Shown: positions 1 through 13,596 of the stretch, in pieces
How positions within the stretch are numbered: the first letter of the stretch is position 1
Layout: every line of letters starts with the position of its first letter
Assembly (NCBI RefSeq): GCF_006345805.1
Contig: NC_042997.1
Coordinates: 36,518,001 to 36,582,000, forward strand
Direction: 5' to 3'
Source of the DNA: Octopus sinensis
Lineage: Eukaryota
DNA length: 64,000 bases
Translations under genes and position numbers: made by a program
The notes under the pieces: model-generated
The model's input: the letters and a program-made list of their open reading frames with translations, nothing else
Told to the model about the DNA's origin: nothing
The model's database searches: none

Positions 1-206
1 TTTTAAATTGATAAACAGAATTTCTAGTCTTAGAATTACTGCAAATTACTGCGATTCGAATTTATATAAGAAATACTAATATTGTTATTATTGTTCAAAC
101 AATGGTTAGCATTAATAATAACAATGTTATTATTTTCATTAAATGGGCTTGTATCTAACAAGGTATTGTTAAATATAGAGATCCGTATATATCTTTACAC
201 ACACAC

Positions 207-244
<38 letters not shown>

Positions 245-245
<1 letters not shown>

Positions 246-1290
246 ATAGTTAAAAATATATGCATATATACAAACATATATGGACGTACCTACATCTACA
301 TGTATATATACATGCATATATAAATAAATATACGTAAGTACAGGACGCCACAACAAGATGTAGAAACGGGAAAAACAAAAACTTTAACGAAAATTTAACA
401 AAAAATGTTTAGGCTAGGAGTGGTCAGGTTCGTTTCGATTTGTAGGTTCGTTCCACTTCTTGTCTCCATTTAACATTTTATATAAATATTTAAGACGCGC
501 AATTCTCTCCCTTTCATTTACCCTCTCCACTCACTCTCCCTCTCACTCTTCCCCTTTTCTCTCTCTTAGCCGCGTGTCCCCCTCCTCCTTCCTTCTTTCT
601 CACTCCCAGCCTAAACATTTCTCTCTTTCGCACGCCGCCTCTGCTACTGAAAAGTCTTGCTTTCCACACGCTGCCACACAACATCTTTCGTCTAGCCAAA
701 AAAAGGCCTTTTTCGTCTGTTTGGTTTTTCTCATTTGTACTCGTGTTTGTTTGATTTCCCGTATTGTATTCCCTTTATATTTCTCGTCTTGTATTTTTTT
801 GTACATGTATTTTTATCTTGTATTTTATTGTGCAGTGTTATTGTTACATCCTGTTTGTTTTCTTACCCGTTTTACCCCGCTGCTTGGAATTTTATTTTAA
901 TTCTCTCGCAGGAAGGCCTAGTTAACGAGTGTCCTGTCTTGCCTTCGAAACACGCCTGAGTTAACTAGCGACAGCTGATGACGGTGGATTTTTCCTTGTG
1001 CAGCTTGTCCTGTACTTGTTTTCTTGTAAAACACTTTTGGATTTTTCCTTGTGTAGCCTGTCCTGTACTTGTCGTTAAATTTTTGTTTTTCCCGTTTCTA
1101 CGTCTTGTTGTGGCGTCCTGTACTTACGTATATTTATTTATATATGCATGTATATATACATGTAGATGTAGGTACGTACATATATGTTTGTATGTATGCA
1201 TATATTTTTAATTATCACATTATTGTCTGACAGCGCCCCGCGTCTGGTTCGTTTCGATTTGTCGGTTCGTTCCACTTCTTGTCTCCATTT

Positions 1291-1292
<2 letters not shown>
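245..1292 (+). mobile_element. Non-coding composite insertion in (TA)n: inverted partial copy (245-389) plus an 819-bp unit with 47-bp terminal redundancy; Penelope-like/retrozyme-like architecture
   Basis: 245-389 is the reverse complement of 1072-1216 with few mismatches. GGTTCGTTTCGATTTGT(A/C)GGTTCGTTCCACTTCTTGTCTCCATTTAA occurs at 427-473 and 1246-1292. (TA)n flanks both sides. CTGATGA is present at 975-981 but no complete hammerhead could be folded. Confidence 0.6.
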
Positions 1293-1336
<44 letters not shown>

Positions 1337-4104
1337 GTGTACGTATATATATACAAGTATACATATGTATGTATATATACATGTATGTTTGCCTATGAAT
1401 AGTGTAAGAACTATCTTGCTTATAGGGCACGGCTATGAAACCGTAAGATGTAATTACATTATGCATTAAACATAGCGCTACTGTTGTAAACATTATTGAC
1501 CACACGTACTCGAGGTACAAGTTTTGTCGCCTCGTTTGCTGTCTGCGGAAAACGCTTAGGGGCTGATTTTTTTCTTAACGCTGGCTGTTAAGATACCTGA
1601 AAATGAATAAAAGGTATGAAAATTATATAACTAAGTTACATATGGTAGACTAGCGGGGCCAAAATCTATGAAATTATGTATATGTGTGTTCACACAAACA
1701 TAGGTGTACGCGTGCGCATTCACATACAAATATATACATGCACAAAATTTTAACCGCTTTTATGATTATTTTATAGACCCTGATATATCAAACACGTTGT
1801 TAGTCGTAGCCAATGCATGTTTTGAATTGTATTTTGGCAAGTGAAATATAGTACTTGTTCGATGATACAGTGAATATTAGGACGATATACTGCCGCAATA
1901 AATCTATATTTACATTGTTTAAAGTGGGTACACCGCCCAAACTGACACAGTCCCATCTACAGTGGATGTTCATCTAAAAGTTCATGGCGAGACATGATGG
2001 AGATATCCTCTGAATTAAAGCATTTAAGTCTTTCTTATTAATTTTATATGTCTGTGGCGTAACTATTGTTCCTAGATGTTTGTGTGACTACACGAGATAT
2101 CCTATCGTTACACTTTCGTTATTTGTAGGAAATTTGCTATGGTTTATTCGACAGTATATTTAGTCGACCTAGCAAGCTGTATGTGGTGTTGTTAAGTTTT
2201 GTGAGTATCGTTAATAGATACAACATATTGCTGTTAAATAGTGGAAATTTGGGAGCGCCTTATTAAATATGTATCCGTCAGGGATGTAGTAATGGAATAA
2301 GATAATGATATCAAATTGGATGGTTTTGTAACCATATTGCTATTGAATTATATAAATATCAAGCTATGGCATAATGTAAGTTTCTCTAGCAGCAAATTCC
2401 ACGTCAAACCCAAAGAATAACGGACAACAGAAATGAACAGATGTACAAAAGACGGTCATTGTAATGAAACATTGGATTGTATCCAATTGACACGAATGTA
2501 TTACTAGCAATTATGAAAATCGATATATATATAGGGATGAAAAGCAAAGACTACCTCATAAATTTGTTACTCTCCTTCGAATCCCTGTTGAGAAAGTGGA
2601 TGATTAATTCCTGTCAAAATGGCAACTATACTGCTGAAATGCAAGCGAAACGAAAGTTTCTAGGTGACTTCAGCAACAGTTAGAAATAGCTACTAATTCT
2701 CGCTCTCATATAACGTCTTTATTCAAGAAAATGTACGATTTCGATGGGGGGAAAATTTGTACAATGTGTCGTTAAATCAAAGCTGCAAAGTGCACCAGGT
2801 CAATATCTTGTACTAGTACTGAACATAGTGAATTCCTACACTGGAAGTCATATTCCTTCAGGAGATAGAGCTTGGTTAACAATGGAATAATCAGCTGCCA
2901 AATTCATTCCAGTGGTGCCCCAAACTCTATGTTTGGTGGTACGTAGACTCGCATTGAAACTACATCATTGAATGCGACGTCTGCATAACCGTAGCCTTAA
3001 GAATAAACAGGCGTATTCTCCGCCTGAGAATCATTACCGCACCTCGAATCTGTGTTCGATTGAATTGTAGACTTGCTCCAAGTACAAAGCTTGCTCATGT
3101 TTTTGCAGCTGCCCTCCATTTGTACTGAACAAACTTTGAGAATCCTCAAAAGCAGTATAAAGAGATGGGGGAGTGGGCAGTTTGTCTATCTCTACGTTCA
3201 TCATATTTCACATGGGGAATTTGTCTCCGAATGGTTATAACTCAACAGGAGTATACTACTTACGGAATTCTGGAAACTAGTTTCTCCAGGAGAAATAAAA
3301 GGGCATTTCCGACTTTTTCCTGTTTCGGGGAATGCCGGTTTTTATAGAAAGGAAAGGACAGAGATGATTTGTGTGTAGGAATGCCCCTCCCTTTGTCCTG
3401 TGGTGCAGAAAGCACGAAGCTCTCCACCGTTACTACAAACTTCTCAATATTTGAACACCACAACTAACTCACATTTAACTCTCTCATCTGACTCAGGCCT
3501 CACAAAAGCAAAGACGGCGTTGACATCGCAATGAAATTCCTTTGTCATGGATAAAAGAAAGACGATAACTTAAATACAAGGCAGTCTAAAACAAAACGGT
3601 AATATTAAAAATTTGTGGCAAAAACAAATACCAAAGTTAAGAACACCAACGTCAGAAACTTCAGCATAAGAAAACACAATTTTACGAATATTTTCACTAC
3701 GACAAATTAATAGAAAAAGCGAAAACAAAAGGAAACACACGAAAAACAAAATCACAGATTGGGGTACTTACTTCCTTCATAAATTTCACCGTTGTTCAGA
3801 GGAGCAAGTCTGAATTGATCGAGGACATGATTACAAAAAATATTTCTTGCAAATAGGGAACATTTTGCTGAACTCCTCCTGAAAACTCTATAAGATAGTA
3901 TGTTAATCCAAAAAGATTCAAATAAGTGACTGGATTTAAAACAGAAATTCCTCCCAGGGCACTTGAAGGTTTAGTAAGTACCACCACCAATAAAGAATTA
4001 CTAGCAAGTCGTTTCCTTACTCCTCCCTATGCCAAAAGACTGATTGTTTCAACGGTCATCTCTCCAGATCAATGTAAATAACTCAATTTTTTTCTCTAAG
4101 CTAA

Positions 4105-5100
4105 ATGGTTACATTTGGAGCAGGCAGTCTAAATTTTCGAGGCCTGAGTACAGTTTGGAGGCTGGGTCACCGACTCAACGATCTCAGGTATCTGGATTTA
4201 GATTTGACCTGCATTAGTGAGACGAGAATTTTGGGGAAGCATGCTCTGGCATCCATTTTCGTAGACTACGAGATATTTTCATTTTGTGCTCTGTCGGGAG
4301 TGAACAAGGACTTCTCCGAAAAAGCTTTAGCTCTCAACGTAAGGGCAGTTTTCTTGAAACTAGACGGTTGGTGAATAGCAGCGAATATGATGCCTTTAGA
4401 TTGTTGGTCAATTCTGCCTGACAAGTTTCGATTGGATTTCCCAGATGTGCTAGTGTGGACATGAAGCAACGACAACGGATCATCCAAATCGAACTAGATA
4501 CAGTATTTGTTAGATTAACGGATAGGTACTAGTAAATTACCAATGTAAAGCTAGCGTTTCTATTAGCCGAATTGAACTTCTGCTGATATCTGATAGCCAT
4601 ATGCCAAAATCAGAAATAATTCTTAGTATCATTTGAGGTAAATAATTCGGCACATAAACGCTTGTTAAATTTTGCTGCAAAATATGCTTATATTTTCTAA
4701 ATACATAGGAAAATATTAAAGGAGGACCGCGCGTGTTATTTTGGAGGGCTCTCTCCTCGACGTGAATCGAACGAAGAGGGATATTTGGTCTGAGACATCA
4801 GTGGAAATATTTACATCAAACCGGTAGATGTTGAGGTAATTCCATATATCATCCATTTGCCCAGTGGTATGGATCTACATGTTAATTTTGAGGACAGAAG
4901 GTGGAGATATCATTTTTTAGCTCCTCATGATTACCAAGTTTCTAGAAACACAAAACAAAAATTTGAAACACCGAAGACGCCGCTCCTATTACGATGTTAG
5001 TGTAAATGATGCAATGATGTTGGGTGCCGTTGGTTTCAAAAGAGAAACGCCTCCTCCAACTAAGATTATATCTACCAAATTTCATTGAAAACACGCAAGG
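4105..5100 (+). pseudogene. Degraded L1/Tx1-like LINE ORF2 apurinic endonuclease N-terminus
   Basis: ORF 4105-4374 begins MVTFGAGSLNFRGLS...LDLTCISETR, resembling the APE motifs SLNxRGL and xxQET. Downstream sequence is broken by stops and frameshifts, so the 3' end is approximate. Confidence 0.5.
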
Positions 5101-5441
5101 AGATCCTGTGCTGTGAGTAGAAGGCTACTGTTAAGAGCATTGTGAAAATGAGATCAAAACAGTTAATACTTACTTGCTGAGCGAAATTTTATGCAATATC
5201 TGCTTGCTTGCATGTAAGACTGCTATTAAGCATTTAGATTTTAGGGACCGTGACTTACATTAAAACGTAATCAAATTTGAAGATACTTTCCAATATCTCA
5301 GCATGGAAAAGATGGTACCAAATCGTGCAGATACAGATTCTGATTACTAAAATGGCCCTCCTTATTTTTGTCTTTGAGTCAATATTCTTTTTCTAATATT
5401 CGCAAAAGTCAGCAATCTTGAGGCGAGGGGGGAGTCAATAA

Positions 5442-5672
5442 GGCGGCGAGCTGGCAGAAACGTTAGCACGCCGGGCGAAATGCTTAGCGGTATTTCGTCT
5501 GCCGCTACGTTCTGAGTTCAAATTCCGCCGAGGTTGACTTTGCCTTTCATCCTTTCGGGGTCGATAAATTAAGTACCAGTTACGCACTGGGGTCGATGTA
5601 ACCGACTTAATCCGTGTGTCTGTCCTTGTTTGTCCCTTCTGTGTTTAGCCCCTTGTGGGTAATAAAGAAATA
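5442..5672 (+). mobile_element. tRNA-derived SINE, family A
   Basis: B-box-like GAGTTCAAATTCC, body GACTTTGCCTTTCATCCTTTCGGGGTCGATAAATTAAGTACCAG, AATAAAGAAATA tail. Second copy at 38255-38485. Confidence 0.9.
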
Positions 5673-5694
5673 TATATCAATCCAAGTGCTTCAA

Positions 5695-5775
5695 TGCTAC
5701 TCGTTTTATTGTCTTCGAATAGGTAGAAGACAAAGTCGACTCAGCATCATTTGAACTGAAGACATTATGTAACGG
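5695..5775 (-). mobile_element. Degenerate fragment of SINE family A
   Basis: Resembles the reverse complement of the family A core (…AAAGTCGACTCAGCATCATTTGAACTGAAGAC). Confidence 0.5.
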
Positions 5776-5838
5776 AAGCTTAATGCTAATATCATAAATC
5801 CTCACACCCAGCAACAAACCAGTAGTAAGGCCAACACG

Positions 5839-6223
5839 GTGGAGGCGCAATGGCCCAGTGGTTAGGGCAACGGACTCGCGGCCATAGGATCGCGGTTTTG
5901 ATTCCCAGACCGGGCGTTGTGAGTGTTTATTGAGCGAAAACACCTAAAGCTCCACGAGGCTCCGGCAGGGGATGGTGGTGATCCCTGCTGTAATCTTTCA
6001 CCACAACTTTCTCTCACTCTTACTTCCTGTTTCTGTTGTACCTGTATTTCAAAGGGCCGGCCTTGTTACTCTCTGTGTCACGCTGAATGTCCCCGAGAAC
6101 TACGTTAAGGGTACACGTGTCTGTGGAGTGCTCAGCCACTTGCACGTTAATTTCACGAGCAGGCCGTTCCGTTGATTCGGATCAACCGGAACCCTCGTCG
6201 TCGTAACCGACGGAGTGCTTCCA
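5839..6223 (+). mobile_element. Full-length tRNA-derived SINE, family B, with target-site duplication
   Basis: A box TGGCCCAGTGG and B-box-like GGTTTTGATTCC. Flanked by a 12-bp direct repeat AAGGCCAACACG. Near-identical copy at 52222-52606. Confidence 0.93.
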
Positions 6224-6556
6224 AGGCCAACACGAGGAGCATGATTTCCTGTTAAAATAGTTCCCTTTGAGTCAGCGTCATATGAAATATTATCATCATT
6301 AACTACGATTGTCCTTGATGTTGTATAACCTCATTGGCAGCCGACTCGAGTTTGTTTTGTGGATTTGTGGTTATTCTTGTTGTAGATACACAGATGGGCT
6401 TTGATTAACCACAGAATTCAAGATTTATATGAATGTATTATTTCTTTAGTCGTGTTTTATGATTGACGATATTCCATTACGTGTCCTTCAAGTTTTTAAT
6501 CCGGTTGCTTAGAATGTGGAAAATTTGCATGACTTTTTCTACCAGAACTAGCACGA

Positions 6557-6629
6557 ATGATGATGGTGACGATGATGATGATGATGATGATGATGATGAT
6601 AATGATGATGGTGGTGGTGGTGGTGGTAG

Positions 6630-6685
<56 letters not shown>

Positions 6686-6790
6686 GTGGTTGTTGTTGTT
6701 GGTGGTGGTGATGATGATGATGATGATGATGGTGTTGGTGGTGTTGGTGGTGCTGCTGGTGGTGGTAGTGGTGATTTTGTTGCATGATAA
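6557..6790. repeat. Compound trinucleotide microsatellite (GAT/GGT/GTT)n
   Basis: Direct reading; explains the poly-D/M/H/S ORFs. Confidence 0.95.
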
Positions 6791-7189
6791 CGAGGATGAT
6801 GGCAACTTAACCCAACAAGACCGGCTTGGTGTTGAAAATGGTATTGAAGCAGAGGACAATTATGTTGGTGATGATGCTGATGTAGATGATGAGGATTATT
6901 ATGGTGATGATGATGATGCGGATGCTGAATACGGGAGGATAATGATGACTATTGTCATCATGATGATTATGATAGTGTCCATGGTGCCAAAATTTATAAT
7001 GCTTATTTGTCTGCTCGTTTACCAGATATTCTGTTTGTTTTATTACATTTATTTAGCTATTTATTTATTACATTTCCACTTTGTTCAATCACACATTTCT
7101 GCTTTCGGTTTTATTATTCCGTTAACGTAGTGGTTTCTGGTTTATTGGATAATTAATCACAATTTCATTAGCACATGAATATACAAATA

Positions 7190-7318
7190 ACAATAATAAT
7201 AATGATGATGATGATGATAGTGATGATGATGATAGTGATGATGATGATGATGATGATGATGATGAGGATAATGATAATGATGACGATGACGATGATGACG
7301 ACGATGATAATAATAATA

Positions 7319-7370
<52 letters not shown>

Positions 7371-7455
7371 GATGGTGATGATTGTGATGATACGAAGAAG
7401 AAGAGAAGAAGAAGAAGAAGAAGAAGAAGAAGAAGAAGAAGAAGAAGAAGATAAA
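7190..7455. repeat. Compound (AAT/GAT/GAA)n microsatellite
   Basis: Direct reading. Confidence 0.95.
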
Positions 7456-7929
7456 TAAAACAAGTTTGATTGGATTTTAAATGAACATTAACATCCCCTC
7501 CCTACCATCAACTGTGAATAATTCTCTCCTGATATTTTTGTTCGTGATCAAATAGTTTTGTTTCAATGTTTTGTTTTTTTTTCTTGTTTGGCTGAGTAAT
7601 TAATAATGAATTTCATTTCAGTTTCTTTATTCATATGTTTCAAATTTAAGTCAGTTGGAAATTAAAATAAATGACCAAAGTCGAAAGCAATCCAAATAGG
7701 GGGATGAAATTTAACTATTAATTTATAATTTAGGATTAAATTCGAGGTTTACACGCTTTGCTGGTTTGTTTGCATTTTCATATATATATTTTATAGTGTT
7801 TGTAGGGATAATAATTTATTTCCCCTTTGGGTTCTGCTATGGCAGGAACAGGATGGCAGCTAAGAAGAGGCATTGATTTATTAATTTTGTATAAGTATAT
7901 AAATAATATTGCAACCGTTTTGGTTAGGG

Positions 7930-8030
7930 GTTTGCGTGCAACATTGGGCAAGTGCCTGGTACCATAGCCTCGGGCCAACCAAGGGGTTGTGAGAGAATTT
8001 GTTTGACAGAAACAGAAATAATACCGCCGT
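7930..8030 (+). mobile_element. Degenerate fragment of SINE family D
   Basis: TTGGGCAAGTG…ATAGCCTCGGGCCAACCAA…TTGTGAG resembles 21715-21785. Confidence 0.6.
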
Positions 8031-8112
8031 GTATACGCACAAACACACATACATATACAGACACACACACACGCACACACACACACATACACACACATAC
8101 ACACACACACAT

Positions 8113-8174
<62 letters not shown>

Positions 8175-8873
8175 GAGGAGGCAGTGAAAGGTTCCTGTGT
8201 AACGCCGCGAAAGGCGAGGTTGCAGGCCAAACATTCTGAGTCCTTTTACAGGGCTTAGAAAAACCAAAGACCGCTGCAATTAAGAGTATAAATCTGAGAA
8301 TATGTTGAATAAGACCATAATTAAGTGATCATACTATAGTTTCTTTAATTCAAAGCCACGGATATTTTTCATCACCCCTCTCTCTCCCACTCTCTCTCTC
8401 ACTATATATATATGTATATATATATATGTATATTAATATATATATATATTATATTGAGGGTACTACTATTAGTAGATACCACGCGCTAAAGAGGGTCCAT
8501 GCTACGACGAATTCTACGGTTGGCTATCGAGCTTGTAACGTTATGTTTTTTCTTATATATCTTGAGTTTGTTGCACTGATGAACATAGAATGCATATTTT
8601 GCATTAATTGAGAAATCACAGGCGATATGTAACTAAATTCTTTTTTTAAATGATTTGATTTGAAGTTTTGCATTCGGTAAAATTTTGTTTATTTTAGTTG
8701 TTTTGACCGCATTGGTCCCTCTTTAGCGTGTGGTATCTACGAACAGTAGCACCCTCAATATAATATAAATAAATATTTTCAAAGTGGAAAAAATTACGGA
8801 TTTTTTCTGTTACGAGGTTTTCACGCTAACTACTGATAATTTCATTTAAAGATTTTATCCTCAATTGTTAATT

Positions 8874-8936
<63 letters not shown>

Positions 8937-9482
8937 ATATATATATATAATATTTATATATATATATATATACATATATATTTATAAGTAAGGGCAAAAG
9001 ACAAAACTTCTAATGCCAAAATATGCCGAAAATGGACACTACGTCAATAACCATGTAATATATCACTACAAGCACGTAATTCAAAGAAAGCTGACAGAAA
9101 TTTCTAAAAAATTCCGTTATTGCCATATCAGACCTAATTTCAGAGTTAGTTCATAAGAACCTTCTCTTCATATATATATATATATATATATACGTTTATA
9201 AATTTGTGTTGCAAGAGTACAACTGTGAAGCCATGTATTGAAATAGATATTGTTGTATTTCGGGAGAAGCCGTACAAGAGAACACACGAAGATTGAACAT
9301 GTCGCTGAGGTGGTCAGAGATATGTGAGAAAACGTTTTCGAACAATGGACAGGAGTTAGAACAAAAAGAGTAATAAACGAGTGAAGAACGAATATGTAGT
9401 GCCCCCCGCTCCAAATGACCTGCCCGAAATACACACACACATACACACACAACCACACACATATATATATATTATATATATA

Positions 9483-9534
<52 letters not shown>

Positions 9535-9920
9535 GTATATCCAAGTAAGTTAATCACTATTGAGAGAATACTAAAAATACAATCGTGTATAAAACGATGG
9601 AATCTGAGCGAAGTCCGGCGGTGCTATCACACCCACTCACCTGATGATGTGGCGGTACACAGCTGCTCCTGGATCATATTTATTCATGAGATTATAAAAT
9701 ATTTTATTTAGTAGTACGATATGGAAATTGCACTAAAAGCGCTGATCATTACACAGAAACAATTGTTGTGATGTGTGATTTACGCATTTTTATTCTACAT
9801 TCTTGTTTTATAAATTTCTTTCCATACGCACTGAGATGCACACACGCTCACGCGGAAACACACATATACATACATATACACGCATGCATATATGTTTATA
9901 TATATATATATATTATATAT

Positions 9921-9952
<32 letters not shown>

Positions 9953-10019
9953 GGGAGAGAGAGTGAAAGAAAATGAGGAAGGAGATAGATAAATAGGTGA
10001 CGGAAGAGTGTAACCGGCA

Positions 10020-11300
10020 AAACATCTGGGCCCAACCTTAGTACTTCGTTTCAATAGTAGTGATCACTTCATGGCATATGCTACCTTGCTCCTAACAGAT
10101 TATGCCCAATTCAGAAGGAATATGATCCAACTGACTCTTTCAATAGTGAATCTCCAACGATATTTTCACACCCTGTGAATCGATTGAATTCGGAAAGTTA
10201 GATGAGATTGCCTTGTAATTCAGTCTCCGGTTATCTCTGAGACAGTTTTCAGCAGTCTTTAACACAGCATCATAATTCCGGCGATCATCGCCATTCATCG
10301 AATCTCTGCATATCCGATTCTTCTTCAGTTTGCGAATGCTTGGTTCAACAAATAGACCGACCTTAATCATTGCGTAACTTAATCGATGACAGTATCTTAC
10401 AGCAACTAGTGACATCACAAGATTCTTGGAAATTCCAAGTTTAATAAGTTATGGTGGTATCGTATTTAGTTCAGGTGAAACTAGTGGCATGTACTGAACG
10501 ATTTTACTCACTAGCATCAATTTATGACGTGCTGGAAAATCCCCTCGATTGTTGTGCCCATTTCGGGCCCGGCTATCCCACAGACATAAGAAGCAGCAAA
10601 ACGTCGTGTAGCCCTTTTGCATTCCAGTCAAAAGAAAACAACTATGATCTTCAAGTCACCTCCAGTTTTCTACTTAAAATCATGATACCTGATTAAAGGT
10701 AAGTAATACCTTGGTAGTCTGGCTTCAATGTTTTACCCACCTCGAAAAATCCATTGAAATCATTCGGTAGTTTTTCTCAACGTGGAACATGACTGCCTTT
10801 AAGCTTCAAAGGTGTTAATTTGGTTCCTTGGGCTTAGACACCAAAACTGTCTAAAAATTGTTTGAACCAGAAAAGCATCATCCTTAGAATTTTCCAGTTT
10901 TCGAACAAAATTGCCCAGTCGTTTTTCACTTATTTTAGGAATTTAAAAATTCTCATCTATTTGGATTACATATCCAGCTTTGTTACCAGAAATATCATCT
11001 GACTCAGTCAATAGTTGATTGCTTAGTGTAGAAGAATTTCCATCGCGATATGCCTGTGATTTTATAGCATATGGATAATTAGGACACTTGATATACTATA
11101 CAAATTTTTACTGATCCCAGCAAGATAAGTTATGCGAAAGTAGCATTAAAATGGTTGCATTCTTTTTTCCATGCCATTGGAGTGGTAACTGGCTTTTGCA
11201 TCAGTTTGCCGCTTTACCACAAGGGTAATTGATCATTGCAACTTTCATGTGCAATATATGGAGCTAAACTTATATTTTAGTCTCCAAGTTTCTTTCTGAA
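10020..11300 (-). pseudogene. Heavily degraded LINE ORF2 (endonuclease to pre-RT linker), possibly RTE-like
   Basis: Minus-strand remnants resemble RNQID (near 10820), SDH (near 10650) and EVxxxI…K-GPD (near 10030). Many stops and frameshifts; ends approximate. Confidence 0.4.
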
Positions 11301-11899
11301 GTAATTCTTGTATCTCACTTGTGTGAGTTGCGTGATGTGTGTCGAATAGTCCTAGACTGCATGCTCCATACAGATGCAGCAAAAGTGATCTGGGTCATTG
11401 TGACATACACAGCACATTGGAGCAAATTGTAGTGGAGAAATAAACTACAGCAGTCTACAGTGAAACACGCAATTACCAATTTGATGCAAGTCACAATAAT
11501 ATGCGTAATATGCATTTAAATCAAAGGGTTCTAAAATAGACATACTCTAATATGTATTATCTCTACATTTAGAGGTATCTCACTGAAAATGTTCTCAAAA
11601 TAAACATAACCTAATATCCGTTTTATCTACTTTACAGCGTTTCCATTAAATGCTGTCACAAAAAATGACGCTATTAAAAGAAAAATAGGAACGTTTAGCA
11701 TACTGCATGCAACATTACACTTTTTGTGAATTTGGTATAGAGGGGTATCTTGTAGATTACATTCTCGATATGATGGAACAAAAGTCACTTCAAATTTAGA
11801 AAGAAAATCCTGTATGTATATTGTCTCTCGTTACAGAAATGTTTCATTTTGTCATGCAGTATAATTACTCTAATTTGTATTCCGGGGCTGTACTTCACT

Positions 11900-13170
11900 T
11901 TCACCAACTCATCTTCTAATTTCAATTTTCGGAATGAAAATTATTTTCCTTTTCCATATCTTTTTGACCGTTATATTTTCCTATGTCCGACAGTTTGCTA
12001 GAGCATCAATATCATATTTTGTTTGTAAAATTATCATACACTTGCATAACCTGAACATCTTATCAACAAAACATCAGTGTGATGTAATATTTCCATCAAC
12101 ACAAGCTCCACGCTATCCTAAAGCACAAATGCAAGGAGTACGTAACCAATGGGAAAAAATATTTCCTCGTCCAATTCTCTTCGATGAAGTAATCTCTGGG
12201 AAAAGCACTTGAGATTGTCCTCTCCACTGTTATAAATTCTAGCTACACTAAGCCTTCAAGTAGAACTGAGACAAAATAATGAGAAAATATTGCCTGGAAG
12301 CAGTCCAGTTGGCGCCAAACTATCACGATGGGGATTTAAATGTTTGAAATTTAAACAAAATTTGAAGTAAAAGGATAAGATGACAGAATGCCAGAACAGC
12401 AACCGCATCCACTGTCAGCTCTTCATTCTCATCTCTGCTGCCGCTTATTTGCTTTCTCTGCAATTCAAATCACCACTTTGTCAGAAGCATATTGAATTTA
12501 TCTCTCACAAGAAGCAATCAGAATCAAGTCCCCAATGAAGACGTCGAAGTATTTTCCACGTACATTTCCTCCAAATAATCTTAGCTATTCACTTAACTTA
12601 GATGACTTAGATAAGATTTGGCCTTTATTAGCCCAGATTTGGTTAGCTGAATAGCATAGCAAGAAGGTGTATTTTTAAAATAATGCTTTTCGACACCATA
12701 GCCACCTAAAAGAGGGAGACCAAATATATTTGAGTGCCGGTGGTTTGTCTGTATTTCTTAGAATAATTTGTCCAAGATTCGTTTCAATGTTAATTCGATT
12801 TGCGTTCTCTGATTCCTTTGTGGATGACGTACAATATAGAAGGAATTTAATCCGTTACGTCGCAATGTTGTTCTAATGTGATTTGTGACGGGACTGTATG
12901 ACATGGAGCGAACCTGGTTGACATACAAACTTTACAACTACATTGCTTGACCGAAATAATGGAATAATTTTTCACATTGTATAAATGTTAGAGGATGACT
13001 TGGACAGAAGATAGCTTTATATAGTTTATTCGATCTCCAATGCGTGAGTATTTATGTGATGCTTCTTTTCCCATGAAGCTTTCTTTTGCATAGGGACACC
13101 ACAATAGTAGGCAGGTATAAATAGCAATTACGTTGGTCCAGTTTAGCTATATTGTTGTGTACAATTCTGC
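11900..13170 (-). pseudogene. Possible ancient LINE RT C-terminal relic
   Basis: Microsatellite-free block with a minus-strand LPLLGGYG remnant (LPxxxGGLG-like, near 12700). No intact ORF. Confidence 0.25.
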
Positions 13171-13179
13171 TTATTTTAA

Positions 13180-13182
<3 letters not shown>

Positions 13183-13222
<40 letters not shown>

Positions 13223-13258
13223 ATATATATATACATATATATAATATATATATAACAC

Positions 13259-13298
<40 letters not shown>

Positions 13299-13300
13299 CG

Positions 13301-13331
<31 letters not shown>

Positions 13332-13373
13332 ATATAATATATATATATATGTATGTATATATATATATATATC

Positions 13374-13407
<34 letters not shown>

Positions 13408-13596
13408 ATATTAATATATATATATATATATATAATATATATATATATAACACATATATATATATATAATATATATATATATAACATATATATATATACA
13501 TATATATATATATAACACACACATATATATATATATAATATAATATATATATATATATATATATTAATATATATATATAATATATATATATATATA
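13183..13596. repeat. Long interrupted (TA)n microsatellite
   Basis: Direct reading; one of many (TA)n/(CA)n tracts in the window. Confidence 0.95.

Noticed and set aside
2400-4100. ORF1 of the L1/Tx1-like relic
   Set aside because: Plausible by position, but no recognisable motif survives.
5841-5915. tRNA-like sequence (also at 14975-15049, 16805-16876, 21638-21710, 44395-44465 and 52224-52298)
   Set aside because: These are SINE heads that continue into shared repeat bodies and lack full cloverleaf acceptor stems, so they are not tRNA genes.
6463-7463. ORFs with poly-Q/H/D/M/S runs
   Set aside because: All frames are open only because of trinucleotide microsatellites; there is no domain or splice evidence.
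8172-8200. TACGAGGAGGCAGTGAAAGGTTCC as a mariner-type TIR
   Set aside because: No partner TIR or transposase remnant was found nearby.
8985-9170. Possible Penelope ORF remnant
   Set aside because: The similarity is too faint to support by eye.
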